32,640 bases of DNA from a virus (lineage: Duplodnaviria; Heunggongvirae; Uroviricota; Caudoviricetes): the IMG/VR virus record IMGVR_UViG_2541047942_000003, positions 1 to 32,640 of that record. One strand, given 5' to 3'. Positions 17,200 through 23,483 of the stretch are shown here, piece after piece. Position 1 is the stretch's first letter, and every line of letters begins with the position of its first letter. Both the position numbers and the translations under genes were made by a program. Under the pieces are notes generated by a model. It was not told the origin of the DNA. It saw nothing but the letters and a program-made list of their open reading frames with translations, and ran no database searches.

Positions 17200-18054
17200 T
17201 CAGCAGTTCGTCATCAGGGCGTCACCGCCACCGCCGGTGGCCTTGCTGCGGCGCTGCTGGGTCAGACTTTCGGTGTGGTCGAGGCTGTTTTTCAGGCGGG
17301 TGAATGCCTGGCTGGTTTCATCCGCCCTGTCAGTCACCTCCTGCTTAAGTGCGGAAAAGGCGGTTTCCATCTCAGCGAGGCGCTGCTCAGTGGCGCTCAG
17401 TTTTTCCTGCACATGTTCAGCAACAGCGGTCACCGCTTCATGCACGTCATTCAGACGGGCATCATCGCTGGCCTGTTTGCGGCCAAAAATGGACTTCACC
17501 TTTTCGGTCAGGGCGGTGAACACGGTTTCAGGCAGGTCTTCAAATTCCAGCTCAACGGGCGTTGCCACTGAAATCAGATTTTCAGGGCTTAATTTGAAGC
17601 GGTTCAGGGGATTGTGTTTTGCCGTGCGGCAGAATTCCAGGTATTCCGTGCCAAGGCTTGCCGGGTCATCGGTGACGGCCAGCCCCACCAGATAACATTT
17701 GCCGGTATTGGCAAAGTTCGGCTGAATTTCCATTGAGGTATAGACCTTCTGCGCGGCCTTGTTCATCGCGATAAGGTCATCGGTCGGGGTGATTTTCGCA
17801 AACAGCGCCCATTTGCCTTTCAGCGCCGAATCGTCATCAATCTTTTCAGCCTTCAGTTCGGCCACATCGCCATAACGTTTAAAAATGCCGTCAGGCAGGA
17901 TGCCGCGCAGATGTTCCAGGTTAATGCGGCAACCATAGACTCGCGGGTCAAAGGTTTCGGCCATTTCCTGAATATCCTGCGCACTGATGACACGCCCGTC
18001 ACAGGTGTCACCCTCAACGCCGATACGAAAGAATTTTGAGACTTTTTTTGCCAT
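17200..18054 (-). CDS. O: Capsid scaffolding protein gpO, 284 aa
   Basis: Translation from MAKKVSKFFRIGVEGDTCDGR... matches P2 gpO; start at the ATG at 18052-18054 rather than the track start at 18120. Confidence 0.88.
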   Translation of the reverse strand: MAKKVSKFFRIGVEGDTCDGRVISAQDIQEMAETFDPRVYGCRINLEHLRGILPDGIFKRYGDVAELKAEKIDDDSALKGKWALFAKITPTDDLIAMNKAAQKVYTSMEIQPNFANTGKCYLVGLAVTDDPASLGTEYLEFCRTAKHNPLNRFKLSPENLISVATPVELEFEDLPETVFTALTEKVKSIFGRKQASDDARLNDVHEAVTAVAEHVQEKLSATEQRLAEMETAFSALKQEVTDRADETSQAFTRLKNSLDHTESLTQQRRSKATGGGGDALMTNC

Positions 18055-18227
18055 TGTCAGGAGTCCTGAATAGTGATTAGAGGAGTCACATGTCGGCATC
18101 AGTTTCCCGACGATGCGCATCCTCCGCCATCAGTCCCGGATGGCTTATCACTGACACAACAGCACCTTAGCGAATCGCGGGGCGCGACTCAGTAGCCTTG
18201 CCGTGTATTCATCACGGCGAGGTATTC
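18055..18227. promoter_or_regulatory. Divergent late promoter region between O and P; contains a 6-bp inverted repeat (GCCGTG...CACGGC) in the P leader
   Basis: Intergenic position between divergently transcribed O and P, as in P2. I could not locate a canonical Ogr TGT-N12-ACA dyad by eye. Confidence 0.35.
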
Positions 18228-20000
18228 ATGACCATCACCACAGACACCACTCTTTTACACGACCCGCGTCGTCAGGCGGCGCTGCTGTACTGGCAGGGGT
18301 TTTCCGTGCCGCAGATTGCCGCCATGTTGCAGATGAAACGCCCGACGGTGCAGAGCTGGAAACAGCGCGACGGCTGGGACAGCGTTGCCCCCATCAGCCG
18401 TGTCGAAATGAGTCTGGAAGCGCGACTGACCCAGCTCATCATCAAACCGCAGAAAACCGGCGGTGACTTCAAGGAAATTGACCTGCTGGGACGCCAGATT
18501 GAACGACTGGCACGGGTCAACCGCTACAATCAGACCGGCAACGAGGCAGACCTTAATCCGAACATCGCTAACCGCAACAAAGGCGGGCGGCGCAAACCGA
18601 AAAAGAATTTTTTCAGCGACGAGGCTATCGAAAAGCTGGAGCAGATTTTCTTTGAGCAGTCTTTCGACTATCAGTTGCACTGGTATCGCGCCGGGCTTGA
18701 GCACCGCATCCGCGATATCCTGAAATCCCGCCAGATTGGCGCGACGTTTTATTTTTCCCGCGAGGCGCTGCTGCGCGCCCTGAAAACCGGCCATAACCAG
18801 ATTTTTCTGTCGGCCAGTAAAACGCAGGCGTATGTGTTCCGCGAATACATCATCGCCTTTGCCCGGCTGGTTGACGTTGACCTGACCGGTGACCCGATTG
18901 TCCTGGGCAATAACGGCGCAAAACTGATTTTTCTCGGCACCAACTCCAACACCGCACAGAGCCATAACGGCGACCTGTACGTCGACGAGATTTTCTGGAT
19001 CCCGAATTTTCAGGTACTGCGTAAGGTGGCATCAGGTATGGCCTCACAGAGTCACCTGCGCTCGACCTATTTCTCCACCCCGTCCACGCTGGCGCACGAC
19101 GCCTACCCGTTCTGGTCGGGTGAACTGTTCAACCGGGGACGCGCCAGCGCCGCCGAACGCGTGGAAATCGACGTCAGTCATAACGCCCTTGCCGGTGGGC
19201 TTCTCTGTGCGGACGGCCAGTGGCGGCAGATTGTCACCATTGAGGACGCCCTGAAAGGTGGCTGCACGCTGTTCGACATTGAGCAGCTCAAACGCGAAAA
19301 CAGCGCCGACGATTTTAAAAACCTGTTCATGTGTGAATTTGTTGACGACAAGGCGTCGGTGTTCCCGTTCGAGGAGCTGCAACGCTGCATGGTCGACACG
19401 CTGGAAGAATGGGAAGACTATGCGCCGTTTGCCGCGAATCCGTTCGGCTCCCGCCCGGTATGGATTGGTTACGACCCGTCACACCGTGGCGACAGTGCCG
19501 GATGCGTGGTGCTGGCACCGCCGGTGGTGGCCGGTGGCAAATTCAGAATACTTGAGCGTCACCAGTGGAAAGGCATGGACTTTGCCACTCAGGCGGAATC
19601 CATCCGCAAACTCACCGAAAAATACAACGTCGAATACATCGGTATTGATGCCACCGGCCTCGGTGTCGGCGTGTTCCAGCTCGTGCGCTCGTTCTATCCC
19701 GCCGCGCGCGATATCCGCTACACACCGGAAATGAAAACCGCAATGGTGCTCAAGGCAAAAGACGTTATCCGCCGTGGCTGTCTGGAATATGACGTCAGCG
19801 CCACCGACATCACCAGCTCGTTTATGGCTATCCGCAAGACCATGACCAGCAGCGGACGCAGCGCCACCTATGAGGCCAGCCGCAGCGAGGAAGCCAGCCA
19901 CGCCGACCTCGCCTGGGCGACCATGCACGCCCTGTTAAATGAGCCACTCACCGCCGGTATCAGCACCCCGCTGACATCCACCATTCTGGAGTTTTACTGA
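18228..20000 (+). CDS. P: Terminase ATPase (large) subunit gpP, 590 aa
   Basis: Translation from MTITTDTTLLHDPRRQAALLYWQGFSVPQIAAM... matches P2 gpP; start at the ATG at 18228. Confidence 0.9.
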   Translation: MTITTDTTLLHDPRRQAALLYWQGFSVPQIAAMLQMKRPTVQSWKQRDGWDSVAPISRVEMSLEARLTQLIIKPQKTGGDFKEIDLLGRQIERLARVNRYNQTGNEADLNPNIANRNKGGRRKPKKNFFSDEAIEKLEQIFFEQSFDYQLHWYRAGLEHRIRDILKSRQIGATFYFSREALLRALKTGHNQIFLSASKTQAYVFREYIIAFARLVDVDLTGDPIVLGNNGAKLIFLGTNSNTAQSHNGDLYVDEIFWIPNFQVLRKVASGMASQSHLRSTYFSTPSTLAHDAYPFWSGELFNRGRASAAERVEIDVSHNALAGGLLCADGQWRQIVTIEDALKGGCTLFDIEQLKRENSADDFKNLFMCEFVDDKASVFPFEELQRCMVDTLEEWEDYAPFAANPFGSRPVWIGYDPSHRGDSAGCVVLAPPVVAGGKFRILERHQWKGMDFATQAESIRKLTEKYNVEYIGIDATGLGVGVFQLVRSFYPAARDIRYTPEMKTAMVLKAKDVIRRGCLEYDVSATDITSSFMAIRKTMTSSGRSATYEASRSEEASHADLAWATMHALLNEPLTAGISTPLTSTILEFY

Positions 20001-21019
20001 TGAGCAAGAAAAAAGGGAAAACACCGCAACCTGCGGCAAAAAAAATGACCGCCAGCGCCCCGAAAATGGAGGCATTCACCTTTGGTGAGCCGGTGCCGGT
20101 ACTCGACCGCCGTGACATTCTGGATTACGTCGAGTGCATCAGTAACGGCAGATGGTATGAGCCGCCGGTCAGCTTTACCGGTCTGGCGAAAAGCCTGCGT
20201 GCTGCCGTGCATCACAGCTCGCCGATTTACGTCAAACGCAATATTCTGGCCTCGACATTTATCCCGCATCCGTGGCTTTCCCAGCAGGATTTCAGCCGCT
20301 TTGTGCTGGATTTTCTGGTGTTCGGTAATGCGTTTCTGGAAAAGCGTTACAGCACCACCGGTAAGGTCATCAGACTGGAAACCTCACCGGCAAAATATAC
20401 CCGCCGTGGCGTGGAGGAGGATGTTTACTGGTGGGTGCCGTCCTTCAACGAGCCGACAGCCTTCACGCCCGGCTCCGTGTTTCACCTGCTGGAGCCTGAT
20501 ATTAATCAGGAGCTGTACGGCCTGCCGGAATATCTCAGCGCCCTTAACTCTGCATGGCTGAATGAGTCGGCCACGCTGTTCCGCCGCAAGTATTACGAAA
20601 ACGGCGCACATGCCGGATACATCATGTACGTCACCGATGCCGTGCAGGATCGCAACGATATCGAAATGCTTCGCGAAAACATGGTGAAGTCGAAAGGCCG
20701 CAACAACTTTAAAAATCTATTTCTCTATGCCCCACAGGGGAAAGCCGACGGCATTAAAATTATCCCGCTCAGTGAAGTGGCAACGAAGGACGATTTTTTT
20801 AATATCAAAAAAGTCAGCGCCGCAGATCTGCTGGACGCACACCGCATCCCCTTTCAGTTGATGGGCGGCAAGCCGGAGAACGTCGGGTCACTGGGGGATA
20901 TTGAGAAAGTGGCAAAAGTATTTGTCCGTAATGAACTCATTCCATTACAGGAGAGAATAAAGTCAATAAATGAATGGTTAGATATGGAAGTCATAAAATT
21001 CCATGATTATAACTTATAA
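20000..21019 (+). CDS. Q: Portal protein gpQ; the last 25 or so codons are encoded by AT-rich DNA
   Basis: 339-aa translation matches P2 gpQ; DNA composition changes sharply near 20940. Confidence 0.9.
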   Translation: MSKKKGKTPQPAAKKMTASAPKMEAFTFGEPVPVLDRRDILDYVECISNGRWYEPPVSFTGLAKSLRAAVHHSSPIYVKRNILASTFIPHPWLSQQDFSRFVLDFLVFGNAFLEKRYSTTGKVIRLETSPAKYTRRGVEEDVYWWVPSFNEPTAFTPGSVFHLLEPDINQELYGLPEYLSALNSAWLNESATLFRRKYYENGAHAGYIMYVTDAVQDRNDIEMLRENMVKSKGRNNFKNLFLYAPQGKADGIKIIPLSEVATKDDFFNIKKVSAADLLDAHRIPFQLMGGKPENVGSLGDIEKVAKVFVRNELIPLQERIKSINEWLDMEVIKFHDYNL

Positions 21020-21031
21020 GTAAATATATAA

Positions 21032-21057
21032 AGTGGGCGGAATGCAATCCCGCCTAC
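21032..21057. terminator. Stem-loop between the convergent Q and two-TM genes (putative bidirectional terminator)
   Basis: AGTGGGCGG ... CCGCCTACT, a roughly 9-bp stem with one G-U pair and a loop containing AATGCAA. Confidence 0.4.
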
Positions 21058-21061
21058 TTAA

Positions 21062-21769
21062 CTATATATACTTCCTTTTTATTCTACTTAATTCTATCAC
21101 CGATGAGGAATGACAAAATGACAAATTAATAGTATCGATATAATCCAAAATTTGACTCTCAACCTCGATAAAAATATTCTTGGGTCCATTACTAATCGAT
21201 ATACCGATTTCATCCAAAACAGCCATCATTTTTCTCTGATGAGTTTTATATTTATAGTCTTTATTTTCCTCTGTAATATGTGCATTAGCTTCCTCAATAA
21301 CACATTTGATTCTAGATATTATTTCTAGATAATCTCTCGAAACAGATATATCACCGCCCTGTGCTTCAGGAAACATAACCCTATACCATCTAAAAAAATT
21401 AACTTTCTCTGGATAGATGCTACTTCTTTTAGTTAACTCAGCACTTGCAAATTCTCTAAACATCGTCAGATGACTAGTATAATTACTATTGTTATTATTT
21501 TTAACTCCAGCGTTATATGTCATCAAAGCAATCATAACACCAAAAACGGTAACAAAAGTTGTTATAAGCCATCCAAATGCCTGAAAATACATCACTATAC
21601 CAGATGTTTTTTCCGCAAAAAATTTCAAGCACTGGCTATCAAAGCATATATCTCGTTCATATAGCCTTTCATTCTGAATAGTTTCCAAAAGAGAAATTAG
21701 CGAAAAAATCAAAAAAAGAACTGACGACACACCGACAATACATTTAAGAAGTCTAATATTTGCATTCAT
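21062..21769 (-). CDS. Two-TM membrane protein, 235 aa; candidate effector of the reverse transcriptase module
   Basis: Two predicted N-terminal hydrophobic helices (LLKCIVGVSSVLFLIFSLISLL and IVMYFQAFGWLITTFVTVFGVMIALM) and a soluble C-terminal domain; the start ATG overlaps the RT stop (ATGA); AT-rich. Confidence 0.6.
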   Translation of the reverse strand: MNANIRLLKCIVGVSSVLFLIFSLISLLETIQNERLYERDICFDSQCLKFFAEKTSGIVMYFQAFGWLITTFVTVFGVMIALMTYNAGVKNNNNSNYTSHLTMFREFASAELTKRSSIYPEKVNFFRWYRVMFPEAQGGDISVSRDYLEIISRIKCVIEEANAHITEENKDYKYKTHQRKMMAVLDEIGISISNGPKNIFIEVESQILDYIDTINLSFCHSSSVIELSRIKRKYI

Positions 21770-22956
21770 AATGGTTTTAAAGATGCCAATCTAGATTTAA
21801 AACACTCCAGTTTTTCTTTAAATGATTCAGATCGAGTAAGGATAATCATCTTATATCTCGTCAAATCATACTTTCTTTTATACCAATGTTTATTTTGATT
21901 ACCTTTCGAATACGACAACTCTAAACTTTTTATAGCTGCATCAATCACAGCAACATCTCTTTTAGATGGCATCGGTTTTATTGCCTGTAACTGTTTCTTG
22001 AATGATTCATATTTTTCATGCCCAACACGACCAAGCTTATTAACTCTCCCCATACATCTATTGAATTCTTTTCTGTATGCAACACTTGTTTTTGTATTAT
22101 TTTTTGCCGCCAGCAATTTCAAATTATGTATAGATGCCCTGATTCTTTTGACTTCATCAGATGGTAGTCGAGGTGAGTCATAGTCAACTCTTAAACCATG
22201 TACTTTTATAGGTTCAGATGAACAGTGAAATATTTTAGTTTTGTGCTTATTTATCGGCAAGTCATGCTCAGAAAGCATCCTCTCTATATGGCTTTGCATT
22301 TGAGAAAAATCATAATTACTTATTTTAGATGACACAGTAATATCATCTACCAAACGCGTATAAATAAGTCCTTTTCTCTGCGCACGCCTTACCACATCCC
22401 CTTCAACAGCGAATAAACACAAAGTTGCTATATAGCTTGATGTTAAGGCCCCCTGTACGACAAAATCATTCTTAGTACATATATCCACCAAGTATTCAAG
22501 AGCCTCATCCTTAATATGCAATATATCCTCAAACACGCTCCTAACCAGATCTCTATGAATATTATCGAAAAAATTACTTATATCCACCTTGAGAACTGTT
22601 TTTGCTCCACAATGAGCCTTTGCGCATGAAACATAGTCACGTTTGACGTTAGAATTTAAAACATCATTTTTACTAGGGACTGAACCAAACAAAAATGAAG
22701 GAAAAACCACCAATTCCTTAAAGATACGTTTATTAATTCTACTCTGTAATAATCTCATTTTAGGATGCAGGGAGTAGACAATCCGTTTGCTTCCGTCAAT
22801 TTTGGGAATTTCTTTTAGAGTATATTTCTCATCTAATGGTAGTTCTGCAATAGCTTTAAGCTCTTCAACAGAAATCGATAAAGCCTTTGACAGCTTTTCA
22901 AGTGTTGTGATAGGAGCATTGGATTTGCTGTATGGTTTAAATTTATCCATAAACAT
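21766..22956 (-). CDS. Retron-type reverse transcriptase, about 396 aa
   Basis: Motif order typical of retron RTs: LSKALSISVEEL, VLKVDISNFFDNI, QGALTSSYIATL, GLIYTRLVDDITVS (YADD position reads LVDD), KTKIF...VHG. The track start at 23040 is a TTG and is probably false; I place the start at the ATG ending at 22956 (MFMDKF), which is uncertain by a few tens of nt. Confidence 0.75.
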   Translation of the reverse strand: MFMDKFKPYSKSNAPITTLEKLSKALSISVEELKAIAELPLDEKYTLKEIPKIDGSKRIVYSLHPKMRLLQSRINKRIFKELVVFPSFLFGSVPSKNDVLNSNVKRDYVSCAKAHCGAKTVLKVDISNFFDNIHRDLVRSVFEDILHIKDEALEYLVDICTKNDFVVQGALTSSYIATLCLFAVEGDVVRRAQRKGLIYTRLVDDITVSSKISNYDFSQMQSHIERMLSEHDLPINKHKTKIFHCSSEPIKVHGLRVDYDSPRLPSDEVKRIRASIHNLKLLAAKNNTKTSVAYRKEFNRCMGRVNKLGRVGHEKYESFKKQLQAIKPMPSKRDVAVIDAAIKSLELSYSKGNQNKHWYKRKYDLTRYKMIILTRSESFKEKLECFKSRLASLKPL

Positions 22957-22973
22957 ACCATTCAAATTCAAAG

Positions 22974-23280
22974 TTACGTACGGTCTTCCCATACTCAAGG
23001 GTGGAACAGCAGAGATGCTTACATCAACAATTGTCAGCAACAGCCTCTGCTATCTTTCGACCGTACGTAATGTCGTCGGCTACAGCACCATCGTAGTTGA
23101 CGACGGTGGGGCCTCGCTGATAGGTCCATAGTGGACGCTTTTTTGTAAAAGCAAAAACTGACAATTTAGTATTGTTGACTGCCGCATACCAAGCGAATCG
23201 CTGGTGCGCTAAGAATAATGCAACAAAAAAATAAGAATTTCAATCGAGTAACTGCAAGCCAGCGACATCGTTTGGCGCGC
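22974..23280 (-). ncRNA. Structured noncoding region between cos and the RT start; candidate retron msr-msd or other RT-associated ncRNA; boundaries unresolved
   Basis: Perfect 12-bp inverted repeat TTACGTACGGTC / GACCGTACGTAA (23059-23070 and 22974-22985) enclosing a nested AGCAGAG / CTCTGCT repeat; a further hairpin at 23072-23104 and a palindrome GCTTTTTTGTAAAAGC at 23137-23152. Confidence 0.3.
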
Positions 23281-23281
23281 A

Positions 23282-23300
23282 GTGCTTTCCCCGCCTCGCC
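23282..23300 (-). other. cos: P2-type cos (19-nt cohesive-end sequence GGCGAGGCGGGGAAAGCAC on the minus strand)
   Basis: Reverse complement of 23282-23300 reads GGCGAGGCGGGGAAAGCAC followed by TGCGCGC, matching my recollection of the left end of the P2 genome. Confidence 0.65.
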
Positions 23301-23395
23301 CGCCCGCTTCATGGGGCGGTTTTGATGCAACCTCGTATTAAAGGGGACACCATAGCCCATCAAACCTCAGACTTCGCCCCTAGCTAACGTTTATG

Positions 23396-23422
23396 AATGC
23401 AATGTAATGCAACTTAATGCAA
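23396..23422 (+). promoter_or_regulatory. Three AATGCAA heptamers spaced exactly 10 bp apart, upstream of the helicase-nuclease gene; putative protein-binding sites
   Basis: AATGCAA at 23396, 23406 and 23416; followed by an AT-rich -10-like GATAAT (23434-23439) and an AAGAGG ribosome-binding site 7 nt before the ATG at 23484. Confidence 0.4.
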
Positions 23423-23483
23423 GTTATGGTAATGATAATTCTGCGTTAACAATTAAACTAATGTACCTGTAAGAGGATAAAAA

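Noticed and set aside
17237-17695. 152-aa + strand ORF inside the scaffold gene O
   Set aside because: Antisense shadow ORF.
18255-19928. Minus-strand ORFs (236, 112 and 149 aa) inside the terminase gene P
   Set aside because: Antisense to P; no domain signatures.
22957-23040. TTG-initiated N-terminal extension of the RT ORF (track start at 23040)
   Set aside because: Non-ATG start with no RBS, and it would translate through the perfect 12-bp inverted-repeat structure; the start more likely lies at the ATG near 22956 or 22992.
21766-23040. RT as a group II intron maturase or Abi-P2-type RT
   Set aside because: No intron RNA domains or maturase/endonuclease extensions; motif pattern (GLIYTR-x-x-DD, VHG at the VTG position, N-terminal LSISVEEL) fits retron-type RTs better. 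Needs phylogenetic confirmation.
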